Source: a virus. From it: a DNA stretch of 64,000 bases. Both the position numbers and the translations under genes were made by a program. The stretch lies in the IMG/VR virus record IMGVR_UViG_3300018080_000158, positions 1 to 64,000 of that record. The stretch is one strand, 5' to 3'. The notes beneath the pieces are model-generated. The model saw only the letters and a list, made by a program, of their open reading frames with translations, was not told the DNA's origin and made no database searches. This document shows positions 37,888 to 48,110 of the stretch, in pieces (the first letter of the stretch is position 1; the number at the start of each line of letters is the position of its first letter).

Positions 37888-38360
37888 GTTTTTTTAAGGG
37901 CGTTTTTTCACTTTCAATCGTCTGAAAGTAACATTTATAAGCTATTAATATGCTAGTGTTTAGAGGTATCTTTTATTACCCTATCAACTATTCTATCGAT
38001 TTTCTCTCTCCATTTCTTATAGCAAATAGCCAAGGCTTGATTTTTAGGTCGGCCCTCGGACATAAGGAAACCCACGCATCGATTAATATACTCAGATTCT
38101 TTTTCTTTGGGATTCGGTTTTGGAATAGGCATAATGAACCACCTCCCATATACTTAATATTGGACAAACTGAAAATCTAAGTAATAAGATACAAAAGAAA
38201 CACTCAAAACAGAAAGGAAGTTCGGTTAAAACTTTTGGATGCAATACTCCAAATACTAGCCCGTGCTCGGTTTTCTTCTTGAACCATGTAGATTTGAGCC
38301 CCCAAAAGCATACCCACTTTTTGTCAAATAGAGCGTTCGGAAAATGTCTAATTCTCATCT

Positions 38361-38636
38361 TCATGTTGTACCATCCCATATAATTACTACAAGCTCACAA
38401 GAAGGCAATGTCTCTATGAGAAAGTCTATTGTTTCACGGACAGCCGGATCTTTAGTCCTCATCTTCTTTAACTCTCTAACCATATCTGACATTTTAGTAG
38501 ACCATCCTAAAATGAGAAAATGCTCAAGGTGCTTTGTCTTTACTTTGGAGCGCTCAACAGCACGTTTAAGATCATCAAGACCTCGACCAGTAACAAAATC
38601 GGCTTTGTACCCGTTAGCATCGCATAATTGATACAT
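38361..38636 (-). CDS. hypothetical protein
   Basis: GGAGGAGTAAATG start; follows the MuF-linked genes. Confidence 0.6.
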   Translation of the reverse strand: MYQLCDANGYKADFVTGRGLDDLKRAVERSKVKTKHLEHFLILGWSTKMSDMVRELKKMRTKDPAVRETIDFLIETLPSCELVVIIWDGTT

Positions 38637-38924
38637 TTACTCCTCCACCACTTGTATAGTAACACCATCAAGAGACGACACTTTGTTGTCGTCTATGTTC
38701 CATTGTCTCTTTCTGGTAGAAATTGATTTGACTCTAATTTTAGATTGCCAAACAAAATCACCATTCTGGTTAGGTAGTATATCGTTGTGCATTACTTCGT
38801 TGGAAATCACTTCTGAGGGAATGCCAAAAGTAAATGCACGGCACTTTCCATTTTTTCTGTAGTGCTTGCATGTAAAACATTGAGATGCCAATGTAGTTAG
38901 TAAAGCGTCCTTATTTTTTTTCAT
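38637..38924 (-). CDS. small Cys-rich protein, putative MuF-toxin immunity (paralogue 2)
   Basis: CFTCKH...CRAFTFGIP...H...NQNGD. Confidence 0.6.
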   Translation of the reverse strand: MKKNKDALLTTLASQCFTCKHYRKNGKCRAFTFGIPSEVISNEVMHNDILPNQNGDFVWQSKIRVKSISTRKRQWNIDDNKVSSLDGVTIQVVEE

Positions 38925-39108
38925 ACCTTATTCCTCTATCGCCAGGATACGCTCTCCTGTGATCAATTTTTCCGGTGAGTATATCTACAGGAATACCAGC
39001 CGGAAACGCCTTACACGTAATAGATACAGCATCTCTATGCTTGCAAGTGTTGCACAAAGCGAAGTAAAATTGTTCATCTATCTCAAATTTGCTCAATGGT
39101 TTGTTCAC
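38911..39108 (-). CDS. small Cys-rich protein, putative MuF-toxin immunity (paralogue 1)
   Basis: CNTCKH...CKAFPAGIP...DH..AYPGDRGI; overlaps the MuF stop. Confidence 0.65.
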   Translation of the reverse strand: MNKPLSKFEIDEQFYFALCNTCKHRDAVSITCKAFPAGIPVDILTGKIDHRRAYPGDRGIRYEKK

Positions 39109-41756
39109 GCTAACTCCTCTAGGTGAATCGTTACTGGCCCAGATCCAGTAGCTCCTCCCCTATACCAGTCATAGCCTGTAACCTTTGTTACTCTAAAAAG
39201 ACTATTGTGATCAAATAGAACTTCTTTCTCGGTAGGAAAATTAGTCAAGTCTTTCGTAAGCAATACTCCATTTTTGGACTTTATTTTGTAAAGGACATTA
39301 ATGTTTCCTCTAGCAAATTCCAAAGCCCGGTCCTTATCTAAAGAAGTAGAGAGAAACCCTTTAGTGTTCACTATAGCATCTTCAGACATATCACTCATAA
39401 AGTCATCTAATTTTAGTTTACTCCCAAATCCTTTACCTCTCCAAACAGTAGTTTCTACTTTAGGCGCTTTAGACAGAACGCTCCGTATGGTTTTGATTTG
39501 CTTATTGGCTAAAGCTGATGTTTCGTCCCTCTTTAACAGCCTATTGAATATCATATGTTGAGTCTCTCCAGGGACAACTATATCTTCCGAAGTATAGTTT
39601 TTAACAATGTTCATTTCAGCTTTGGTAAGACTTTTAGCGAAATCCTTCATATTACTAATTGCTTCTTTTTCTGTTGCTGCTCGTGCCACTGGAGACGCCG
39701 CCCAATCAACACGTTCCCGAACATAGGTCATGATATCATGGTTGTCTTGAGCCACATTCTCCCATATATCATGAAAGAGTACTCTATTTAACTCATGTTC
39801 ACTAAGTGTTCCTGGCGGGAGTTCATTATAGTAGTTATAAACAATCTTCTGCCATTGATCTAAAGACTGATTTAGTATACGATCAGTAACTGCTTGACGA
39901 GTCAATTTCTGTTTAGCAATTTCTTTCTGGTTGAGAGTTATGGTATACCTATAATCCTTCGTAACAGCAGTCATTGATTCCCCTTGATGAGTAATCAATG
40001 TCATTACGTCTTCAGGAGACAGGGATGTCTCAAAAGGATGATTGTGAGTAAAGATCCCTCCCTTAAAGTCTATCTTAGCTTTCTTTAACGCCTTAACTTC
40101 CATTGGTGTTATTTCGACTTTAGATTTTGTTCCTGCCTTCTGAAATATAATATCCCCCTCTTTGTTGAACACAACAAGCGTTTCCTTATCTAAGTGAGAA
40201 ATGTGTTTCTCTAGTGCGTATTGTAATGAAGAAATATTTGGCTTTACTATTGGATCTAAAGAGTGTCCTAGTATTATTTCCTGAAGGTCTTCTATGTTGT
40301 CAACTTCCGTGAGGCTTCCAAGACGAAAGCTCCCAACGCCTTCCTTGTAGTACAGTTTGCCTGTCCGTTCGTCAAAGACTACGGTATGTACTGTAACCTT
40401 ATGACTAGGATCGTCCATCATCTTAAATTTTTTAAGCCTCGCACGTTTATTATCAAGGCTATCTTTCCTCATAGTAATCTTATCTGTCTTTGCATCTATG
40501 AGAGTTTTTACTTCAACAACATGATCCGGCACATCGTCGAAACTATGATGCCCGACCCATACATCAAAAGGACTTCTGGCTTTGGTACACTCTCCACCTA
40601 ATACTCTAGCAAGTCTTTGCTCGTTTCTTCTGGCTATGTCTTGTTTCGATTTTGTTGCAGGATTATAGTGCTTAGTAGCTCTTTCTACTCTTTTCCTGTC
40701 TTTCTTAGACATAGCCGATACATCAAGGAAAGAGTCCGGGCCTATTGGAATAGTGTATAGCTCAGGTATTACATCAGCAGACATTCCAGAAAAAATAATA
40801 TCACATCTGCACTTGTTGTGGAAGGGCGGTATGTAGCCCTCTTGAGAAATATCATCACTCTCTCTGCCTTCAATATCACCCATACGCACAAAAGGCATAA
40901 TGTCTGACAAGTCTCCAGGCTCTAATATATCGCACGATAGTATATCATCTACCCTTCCCATAGCGGCAGGGACAGAAAACTCGTGGCCGTCTAGAGCGTC
41001 GCACACAGGGCAAACTTTATCATCCCCTTGAGTAATTACTATATAGGTGTTGATGCCAAACATATCTGCTTGCTCAATAGCAGTTGCAGACCAGAATGTT
41101 CCAACCTCTACATCACTAACCAAATCAAAATAAGAGTCTGGTTGATCTAAGAAGGTATCTGTTCTAGCCAAGAACTGATCCAATTGCTCCTTAGTCATGC
41201 TTTTACTAGCGGCTGCTTGCTCAGCCAAGCTCAAAGCTCTGTCTCTATACACAGACTCTGGATACCTCGTTACCAGTATTTCCATTTGTTGCATGAATTT
41301 TTCTTTGGTTGGCTTATAAACAGCTTTCTCTGTCTTTGAAGTAAGTCTAAAAAAGTGAGCAATCGAACGATCTCTAGTAAGGTCAAAAATGTGAGACACC
41401 TTACCAGCCACATCTCTCCACATTCCATTACCTACAATTTCTGATTGATCGTAAAAGATATCCACCATGTCATGTAAGGCAGTAATAGATTGCTCGTTTA
41501 AAATAGCAGCAATCCTATTTTGTAACTTGGCTGCATGTTGTTTCCAGGAAGATCTTAAAATTGTAGCAAGTAGTCTTTGCTCAGGACCCCAAAGCAGAGT
41601 ACTTGCATCGGCTTTAAAGACAGGCACAACTGAACTTGCGATAGGCGACAATTGAGCATTATTAGTAAGAAGCATAAAAGCCAAATCAAAAGAGTCTAGA
41701 TCAAACAGCTCTTCTGCGTTTGGCTTCTTTGAGTGTAAGCAAGACACCATTGGCAT
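39105..41756 (-). CDS. MuF/SPP1 gp7-like head protein fused to PD-(D/E)XK-like, JAB-like and ADP-ribosyltransferase domains
   Basis: DDKVCPVC...PPFHNKCRC; SPFD...EVKT; THNHP...SPED; VWRG...FLSTS...EKE. Confidence 0.85.
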   Translation of the reverse strand: MPMVSCLHSKKPNAEELFDLDSFDLAFMLLTNNAQLSPIASSVVPVFKADASTLLWGPEQRLLATILRSSWKQHAAKLQNRIAAILNEQSITALHDMVDIFYDQSEIVGNGMWRDVAGKVSHIFDLTRDRSIAHFFRLTSKTEKAVYKPTKEKFMQQMEILVTRYPESVYRDRALSLAEQAAASKSMTKEQLDQFLARTDTFLDQPDSYFDLVSDVEVGTFWSATAIEQADMFGINTYIVITQGDDKVCPVCDALDGHEFSVPAAMGRVDDILSCDILEPGDLSDIMPFVRMGDIEGRESDDISQEGYIPPFHNKCRCDIIFSGMSADVIPELYTIPIGPDSFLDVSAMSKKDRKRVERATKHYNPATKSKQDIARRNEQRLARVLGGECTKARSPFDVWVGHHSFDDVPDHVVEVKTLIDAKTDKITMRKDSLDNKRARLKKFKMMDDPSHKVTVHTVVFDERTGKLYYKEGVGSFRLGSLTEVDNIEDLQEIILGHSLDPIVKPNISSLQYALEKHISHLDKETLVVFNKEGDIIFQKAGTKSKVEITPMEVKALKKAKIDFKGGIFTHNHPFETSLSPEDVMTLITHQGESMTAVTKDYRYTITLNQKEIAKQKLTRQAVTDRILNQSLDQWQKIVYNYYNELPPGTLSEHELNRVLFHDIWENVAQDNHDIMTYVRERVDWAASPVARAATEKEAISNMKDFAKSLTKAEMNIVKNYTSEDIVVPGETQHMIFNRLLKRDETSALANKQIKTIRSVLSKAPKVETTVWRGKGFGSKLKLDDFMSDMSEDAIVNTKGFLSTSLDKDRALEFARGNINVLYKIKSKNGVLLTKDLTNFPTEKEVLFDHNSLFRVTKVTGYDWYRGGATGSGPVTIHLEELA

Positions 41757-41768
41757 CCTCGGCTTTGT

Positions 41769-43523
41769 CTATCGTTCCGTTAAGTCTTCAGCTATAGTCT
41801 GCAACCCAAGCAGCATTCTATATAATTGCTTCTCCTTATTGCTGAACATATCGCTCTTAAAGAATTTCTTTGCAGGCCCTGGTAAGTAAAGTTGGGAGGG
41901 CTGCTCCTTGCCGTCCAATTGCTTCACGTTGTCCTCTATCGTTCTGTCCTCAGCTTCTACAAGCAATTCCATACCTTTAAGCGTCTTGCCCATCTTTACT
42001 AGTTCTAAGATGAGAGTCAAAGGAAAGTTTGCCCATTCAGCATCTATCCTACTCATTTCCAAACCTAACGCTTCGTTGCCTCTTTCGATTGCGTTGTTAA
42101 TTGAAATAGCACCTGCTTTAGTAAATACTTCTACAGCATTGCTTATCTCATTAGACCCAGCAACCTTTGGTCCCTTGCTTTCCATGCGCCACAGTGTAAC
42201 TCCAAGCTCGTTTCTAGTGATCTTAGCATTCCATGGCTCATCAAAATCTTGACGATTAGGAATGAATACTTGTTCTTCTCCGACTGTTTGAGAGGCTTTA
42301 GCAGTGGCATGAGTAAACATTTTTGCGTCCCCAAAATACAAAGGCGGGATTCGACTACTGTGTCGAAGATCTTGAGTAGTACGATCCATGTACTTATCAA
42401 ACATGAGATCATCTTTGCGAAACTCCGCCAGGTTTTTTAGCTCTATTTTTGCATTACCCTTATCCTCCAAGCCAGCACTTTCAGCCTCGGACTCAAGTAC
42501 TGCAACCCTATTCCAATTGGTAACACCACGCATACCTCGAATTATTGCTTCAAGGTCTTCCCAAGATTCATCGGAGAGTGTGCCATTGTTGACCAGTACT
42601 ACAAGCGGAGGTATTCCTTGATTATTGAACAGATCGTAGTTGACAAATGTAGCATATCTCTTTCCCATTACTTGAAGTATAGCTCCTATCCATTTTGGAA
42701 GTCCATATACTTCAGAACCAAAGTGGTACTTAAAATGCCAAATCTCAGAAGCCACTTTCTTACAGCTTCTATTTGAAGATTTATATTCTCCATTGGTAGC
42801 ATCCATAGGTCTAGGATCTCCAAACTCCTTAAACCACCTGAGACGTTTGCCAGTAAAGCCTAGTTGAGCATATTTCCGAAAATACTTCTTCACTTTGATA
42901 TTAATCACTTTGCCATCTCTTTGCAGTGGCAGCGTAACAGTGACGGGCTTAGTCTGTTGTTTGCTCATTCGCAAGTCTTTAAAAGGAGCGTGGTAGGCAA
43001 GCTGAATCCTTCCGGCTCTGCTTCTAAGCATTTCAAACGCACCATTGCCAAGAGCCTCCATGTCCTGTCGAAATTTCTTGCGGATTGTTCTCCAAGATTC
43101 TTCCTCATTAGCATAGTCCAAAAAGTTTTCAAGTCTGACTCGTTCTTGCTTAGCTTGAGGGCTGTCCTTATCCTGATCGTCGCCTAAAAACACTAACTTG
43201 TACCCAAAGCCGTCTATGTTTTGAATCTTTGCGTCGATACACCCCTGTAGTAAATCGCTTTCCTCATAGACAGTGGTAAGCCTGTGAAATGGGTATGGAG
43301 GTTGTATCAATCTGTTTTTGACATAGAGAGACTCGAAACGATCTTCATCCTCTTGGATATTCCGTTCATAGTGCTCCGAGCTATCCCCATCAGCCTTTTG
43401 TATACTGTGAAGCTTTTTGTGCCTTACCGAACGCCTAGTGTTGAAAGCTTTTCTAAGAGAAGACAATTCCTGTTTTACTACAACCAATTCTTTACTCTGA
43501 TCTTCTACTTTTCGCTTAGCCAT
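41769..43523 (-). CDS. phage portal protein (PBSX-like)
   Basis: PPYP...L, D.EALGNGAFE, FKEFGDPR, YGLPKW, FNNQGIP, RIPP. Confidence 0.85.
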   Translation of the reverse strand: MAKRKVEDQSKELVVVKQELSSLRKAFNTRRSVRHKKLHSIQKADGDSSEHYERNIQEDEDRFESLYVKNRLIQPPYPFHRLTTVYEESDLLQGCIDAKIQNIDGFGYKLVFLGDDQDKDSPQAKQERVRLENFLDYANEEESWRTIRKKFRQDMEALGNGAFEMLRSRAGRIQLAYHAPFKDLRMSKQQTKPVTVTLPLQRDGKVINIKVKKYFRKYAQLGFTGKRLRWFKEFGDPRPMDATNGEYKSSNRSCKKVASEIWHFKYHFGSEVYGLPKWIGAILQVMGKRYATFVNYDLFNNQGIPPLVVLVNNGTLSDESWEDLEAIIRGMRGVTNWNRVAVLESEAESAGLEDKGNAKIELKNLAEFRKDDLMFDKYMDRTTQDLRHSSRIPPLYFGDAKMFTHATAKASQTVGEEQVFIPNRQDFDEPWNAKITRNELGVTLWRMESKGPKVAGSNEISNAVEVFTKAGAISINNAIERGNEALGLEMSRIDAEWANFPLTLILELVKMGKTLKGMELLVEAEDRTIEDNVKQLDGKEQPSQLYLPGPAKKFFKSDMFSNKEKQLYRMLLGLQTIAEDLTER

Positions 43524-43536
43524 CGTGAATCACTCC

Positions 43537-46113
43537 TTAGATAGTTAATGGTTTCATTTCTGACAAATTGTATCCGATTTTAGGTTCTGCTAAAAGGGGA
43601 ACTTTTAACTCAATACCATAGTCCTTAAACAGGGGAGGATGCTCCATTTCGTTTCGGATTATTGTAGCATACATTGGAATGTCTGCATCTTCTTTTACTT
43701 CAAATACTAATTCATCATGTATGAAAAGTATAGGAATTATTTCTTCGGGATTAAGATCTCCCTTTCTAAGAAGCTCGTTTAAGGCTATTAAAACCGTATC
43801 GGAACTAGCACCTTGGATTGGAGTGTTTATAGCTTGCCTCTCTGCTTCATTTCTAAGGCCTGCATTTTTTGAGTGTATTTCAGGCAATCTCCTTCGTCTC
43901 CCTAAAGGAGTTTCAACATAACCATGTCTTCTAGCAAACTCCACAATACTCCTATGATAAGTCAATACGCCTCGGTACTTATTGAAAAAGATATTCATCC
44001 ATTGTTGGGCTTGATTATTAGATAAGTCAAGGCCATATTCAAGCTTTGCGTATCTTACTAAACCAGGCGCTGACATCTTAAAGATCAAGCCGAAGTTTAC
44101 AGGCTTAGCATTTTGTCTGGCCATCTTTTTGCCACGCTCGTCTAAAGAGTTATAAGATGGGCCAGATAATTCCTTACCTGTTTCCGTATGAATATCTAGT
44201 CTAGAATTCTTAAATATGTCAATCATTGATCTATCGTTTGCTACATGAGCACACCACCTTAATTCTGATTGACTCTGATCCGGCGCTAATAAAACATAGC
44301 CAGGCCTTGCTGCTATTACTTTTCTCACTTGCCCAGCAGATTTGGATCTTTTAGGAACTCCCATCAAGTTAGGGTTTCGACAACCGACTCGTCCTGTAAC
44401 ACTTGCCACTAAAGATAAATTAGGATGTATCCTTTCATCTGGTTTTAAAAACTTCTCAAAGCTTTTTATAGTGCGAGTATACAACATGTGTTGCTCTTGA
44501 AATTCTGCGTAGTAAGTTAAGAAGTCTTGGGCTTTCTTTGGTATTCTATAGCCTGCCAATAGCTGTAACGATTCTTTATCGACACTTGGCTGCTTAGATT
44601 TCTGAGTCAGTTTAATAGGCTTGAGACCAAATCCACTTTTAGTAAACAAAGCATCCCGTGTTAAATCTCTTCTAGTCAAAGACAACTTATCAACATGTTC
44701 CTTTTTCTCTTTTACTTTCGTAGGAACTTGCTTCAATGCCATTTTTTCGTTCTCGGAGATTAGTGCAAGCAGGTTTTCCTTCACTTCAGGCAATACCTCA
44801 AGGTCTATCGGCACACCGTTTTTCTCCAACACATACAAAGAATGCAGAGTGGGATTGACAAACTTAATTAAGTAATTAGCCATGCGCCGAGAATGCTTTG
44901 CTAGTAATTTTTTACCGATAGTTCTAGCAGCTCTGTAGGTAACATCGGCATCTGCACAAGCATAAGGAAGTAACTCTTTTTTAGGCACTATAAGCATATC
45001 AGATTTGTCATACTTCAAAGAGAAGGCATTGTCATATTGCACAGAGAAATCGGTTAAGAGTCCTTGAATCAAGTTCAAATTGGCCATAGCGAATACATTC
45101 TCTTCGAGCACATGTGCTCCGGCCTGAACATCGATTACTAATCCCTTTATCTTTGGCTCGTGCCCAGTGTTTTGACAAATAAGCTGACGAATAGCATGAA
45201 AGTCAAAAGAGGAATGCATCATATACTTTCTAATGTCTTCCCGCTCTAATAACTCAGTCAGCTCGGCAAGTTTTTGATCGAAGTTTGATGCTTTTCTAAT
45301 AAACACTTCAGTTTCTATTTTTTTCTTCTTGCCGTGAGATCGTGGCCACACAATAGATAGATCAGACTTAGCCTTAGATTTTACTTCCTCATACAATTGC
45401 AACCAAACAGCTTTGCCGGCCTGGTTGCACAAAGAGGCACCGATAACAATATAAGGATCTTGTGTCCAGTCCAATCCTTGACACTCTGTATCCCAAGCAA
45501 TCGGCAGACCGGCATCTAGTAAAGGTCGAATGCTATCCACTTCTTTGTAGTCAAGTTTTAGCTTGCTGTCAGATTGCTTATAGCCCCTATCTTGAAAAGC
45601 TTTTACTTCCTTAAGATCAGAAACAAGGATGGGCTGAAGTGCTCTTTTTCTTAAAATATAGGCAGGATGGTAGGCAGGCATTACCCACGCATTGAACTCT
45701 GAAGACCATACCCAGGCTCCCCTTACCTTAGTAATTTTAGAGCGGTGCAGTATCTGTCTAATTGCTATGTTACCCAAACAAACTATTATCTTTGGCTTTA
45801 AAGCAAAAAGTAAGGTTTCGATATATCCCCTACAACATTTCAACGTCTGAGTAATTTGACTATTTGTCATCTGATCAACTATTATTCTGCATCTAGCAGA
45901 GTTAGCAATCATACAATCTTGCCAATTCAAACCAGCAGCAGCGCAACAAACAGTCATAAGATCCCCAGAATCTCCGCAAAAAGGCTCGCCCTCTATTTCT
46001 TCATTATAGCCAGGGGACTCTCCTATTATGACTACCTCTGCTTTTTTGTTACCTGAATACGGCACCTCTGTCTTGCCGTATAAAGGACAGTCAGTCTTTT
46101 TGCATTGGCCCAT
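43537..46113 (-). CDS. family-4 uracil-DNA glycosylase fused to family A DNA polymerase
   Basis: GESPG..E...F, N..RCR, YHPAY; exonuclease DTE, FD, YACAD; polymerase DQSQSELR, RQNAKPVNFG, IHDEL. Confidence 0.92.
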   Translation of the reverse strand: MGQCKKTDCPLYGKTEVPYSGNKKAEVVIIGESPGYNEEIEGEPFCGDSGDLMTVCCAAAGLNWQDCMIANSARCRIIVDQMTNSQITQTLKCCRGYIETLLFALKPKIIVCLGNIAIRQILHRSKITKVRGAWVWSSEFNAWVMPAYHPAYILRKRALQPILVSDLKEVKAFQDRGYKQSDSKLKLDYKEVDSIRPLLDAGLPIAWDTECQGLDWTQDPYIVIGASLCNQAGKAVWLQLYEEVKSKAKSDLSIVWPRSHGKKKKIETEVFIRKASNFDQKLAELTELLEREDIRKYMMHSSFDFHAIRQLICQNTGHEPKIKGLVIDVQAGAHVLEENVFAMANLNLIQGLLTDFSVQYDNAFSLKYDKSDMLIVPKKELLPYACADADVTYRAARTIGKKLLAKHSRRMANYLIKFVNPTLHSLYVLEKNGVPIDLEVLPEVKENLLALISENEKMALKQVPTKVKEKKEHVDKLSLTRRDLTRDALFTKSGFGLKPIKLTQKSKQPSVDKESLQLLAGYRIPKKAQDFLTYYAEFQEQHMLYTRTIKSFEKFLKPDERIHPNLSLVASVTGRVGCRNPNLMGVPKRSKSAGQVRKVIAARPGYVLLAPDQSQSELRWCAHVANDRSMIDIFKNSRLDIHTETGKELSGPSYNSLDERGKKMARQNAKPVNFGLIFKMSAPGLVRYAKLEYGLDLSNNQAQQWMNIFFNKYRGVLTYHRSIVEFARRHGYVETPLGRRRRLPEIHSKNAGLRNEAERQAINTPIQGASSDTVLIALNELLRKGDLNPEEIIPILFIHDELVFEVKEDADIPMYATIIRNEMEHPPLFKDYGIELKVPLLAEPKIGYNLSEMKPLTI

Positions 46114-46118
46114 AGCAG

Positions 46119-46835
46119 TTATCCTTCCTTTGGAGTTTCAAGAACTCCATCAGGATCTTGAATGGGCATTACTAATCCAACTACCCCAGACCATCCTTGA
46201 TTTTTCACTCGCACTTGTAAAGGCCTCAAACCTTTTACAGTGTCGGCAAAAAAAGAAGCAGTGGAATATCTATACAGTATGTAGTCAAGATAAGAAGGTT
46301 GTATAGAAACCATAGTACCCTTTTTCTCATTCACCATCCAAATAGCTTCAATACCTCCAAGCTCAGGAACTACCCAAGTGCTGGGCTTTACTTCAGCCCA
46401 CTTCGTTCCAGCCAACCCACTTTTAATTGACTCGGCAATGTCCTTTCTGGCATCAGACGCAGCCTCTCTTGCTTCCATTGCTTTATCTGGCAACCCGACC
46501 ATAGCAATTTGACCATTAGTGTAGTACTTCTTTTTTTGGTAAGTACCAGTAAGCCATGTATGCTTCAAAGCAAACAAAGCTTTTGGATCTGCTTTGGCCC
46601 TTTTCTCAAACGGCAAACCCTTCTTAAGCATTTCAGACCTCTCTCGCACTTTTTCTGCTTGCTTAAGACCTAGGGAAGTAAGCTTCCCATTGGTAGCAAT
46701 CAAAGAAGCTTTTACCAAACGAGGTACAGACTCAGGGTCTTTAACAATCATCCTATCTTTTAAATCGATAGTGCCTGTTTCTACATCTGCCTTGCCCAAC
46801 AAGTACACATCTTGCGGTTTCAATTGAACGGCCAT
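46119..46835 (-). CDS. hypothetical protein, C-terminus resembles the beta-clamp-like LVMP end
   Basis: start taken at MAVQLK (the annotated TTG is the -35 box); GLVMPI. Confidence 0.55.
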   Translation of the reverse strand: MAVQLKPQDVYLLGKADVETGTIDLKDRMIVKDPESVPRLVKASLIATNGKLTSLGLKQAEKVRERSEMLKKGLPFEKRAKADPKALFALKHTWLTGTYQKKKYYTNGQIAMVGLPDKAMEAREAASDARKDIAESIKSGLAGTKWAEVKPSTWVVPELGGIEAIWMVNEKKGTMVSIQPSYLDYILYRYSTASFFADTVKGLRPLQVRVKNQGWSGVVGLVMPIQDPDGVLETPKEG

Positions 46836-46887
46836 TTTTCGCCCCCTTAAGATATAGAGTTTTGACAAAAAATCTTCACTGAGACAT

Positions 46888-46915
46888 ATAGCATAGCTTA
46901 AATTTTTTGTCAAGT
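46888..46915 (-). promoter_or_regulatory. promoter, duplicate of 37860-37887
   Basis: TTGACA-17-TATATG. Confidence 0.65.
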
Positions 46916-46931
46916 CTTTATGCCTTAAGGC

Positions 46932-46969
46932 AAAATAAAGGGCTACTTTCAGACGATTGAAAGTAGCCC
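46932..46969 (-). terminator. intrinsic terminator built on the conserved palindrome
   Basis: GGGCTACTTTCA/TGAAAGTAGCCC 12-bp stem followed by TTTATTTT on the minus strand. Confidence 0.65.
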
Positions 46970-46985
46970 CAAAACGCAGAAACTC

Positions 46986-47477
46986 TTACATGGCTTCACT
47001 TTCAGCCAGATCCAAAGGAATTTCCATACCCGGATTGTTTCTACTAAAAGCCGCTGCGAGCTGCCACCCTGAATCGATGCCTGAAAGGAAGTAATAAAGG
47101 TATCCTAACTGGAAAGCGTCCACTTCAAAAACAGGAGCACTCATATCTAAGCCGGTTGCCAAGGCCAAATCATCAAAGGCAGCAGTAATGGCCTGATCTT
47201 GGTCAGGCCCTATAAGCTGTAGCAGTGTTGATATCTTTAAAGAGAGATCGCTTTCGTCTGCTTGCAATCCATTCAAAGAGGAGATAAACCCATTGAAACT
47301 CTCTGAGTCGGAATATTGCTTGTAAAGCAACACACCAAGACCACGACCAACCATACGAATCTGAGCGGTGGATTGGCTGTCTTGTCCGTTTTGAGTAGTA
47401 GCGCACGAGACAAAAGAAAAACCGGCCACTAGAACAATCAGAGCCAACAACAAACCATTAATCATCTTCTTTGTCAT
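46986..47477 (-). CDS. putative lipoprotein
   Basis: hydrophobic N-terminus ending FVSC. Confidence 0.65.
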   Translation of the reverse strand: MTKKMINGLLLALIVLVAGFSFVSCATTQNGQDSQSTAQIRMVGRGLGVLLYKQYSDSESFNGFISSLNGLQADESDLSLKISTLLQLIGPDQDQAITAAFDDLALATGLDMSAPVFEVDAFQLGYLYYFLSGIDSGWQLAAAFSRNNPGMEIPLDLAESEAM

Positions 47478-47663
47478 TACACACCTCCATTAGCTTCTTT
47501 TTTAGTTTGCACATCTCTTTTACTAGCTCCTTTGAATTACGCCACCTCCTTTGCCCTGTAAAGTAAGAATAGAATCTATCATAAAACTCCAAAAACCAAA
47601 GACACCTACACAAGACATGTAGCGGATTCAACTTATGGTTTAAGATATTCCGAAGCATTAGAC

Positions 47664-48110
47664 TTATAGATGCTTCTGCTCTACTAATGATCTGAATAGA
47701 TCCAAATCAAAAGCTTTGCCTGGGCAAGTTTTACTACCTCCAATTAAGTCTCTATGCCCTACAATATTGCTTACTGGAATATGATAAACCTTACAAATCC
47801 AAGTTGCCAGCCGAGCCCCTGCATATAGTTGAGTTTGAGAAGGAGCGTGTGTATCAAAACATCCAACAAAGCAAATCCCAATAGAGTTGTTGTTATGTCC
47901 TAAACAATGAGCGCCTTTCACATTAGGCATTCTACCCATTAAAATCTCATAGTGATCTCTGATATACTCAATGCCAAAATGATATCCTATATCAGACCAG
48001 CCCAAAGTCTCAGTATGGTAGCGACGTATGGCATTCCAAGAAACTGTATTGCTATCCTCAGTCAAACTATGATGGATTACTAAGATATCAGGGACCATTT
48101 GCTTATCCAT
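47664..48110 (-). CDS. N-acetylmuramoyl-L-alanine amidase (endolysin)
   Basis: VIHHS, GWSDIGYHF, GAHC, SIGIC, GHRD, KTCPG. Confidence 0.92.
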   Translation of the reverse strand: MDKQMVPDILVIHHSLTEDSNTVSWNAIRRYHTETLGWSDIGYHFGIEYIRDHYEILMGRMPNVKGAHCLGHNNNSIGICFVGCFDTHAPSQTQLYAGARLATWICKVYHIPVSNIVGHRDLIGGSKTCPGKAFDLDLFRSLVEQKHL

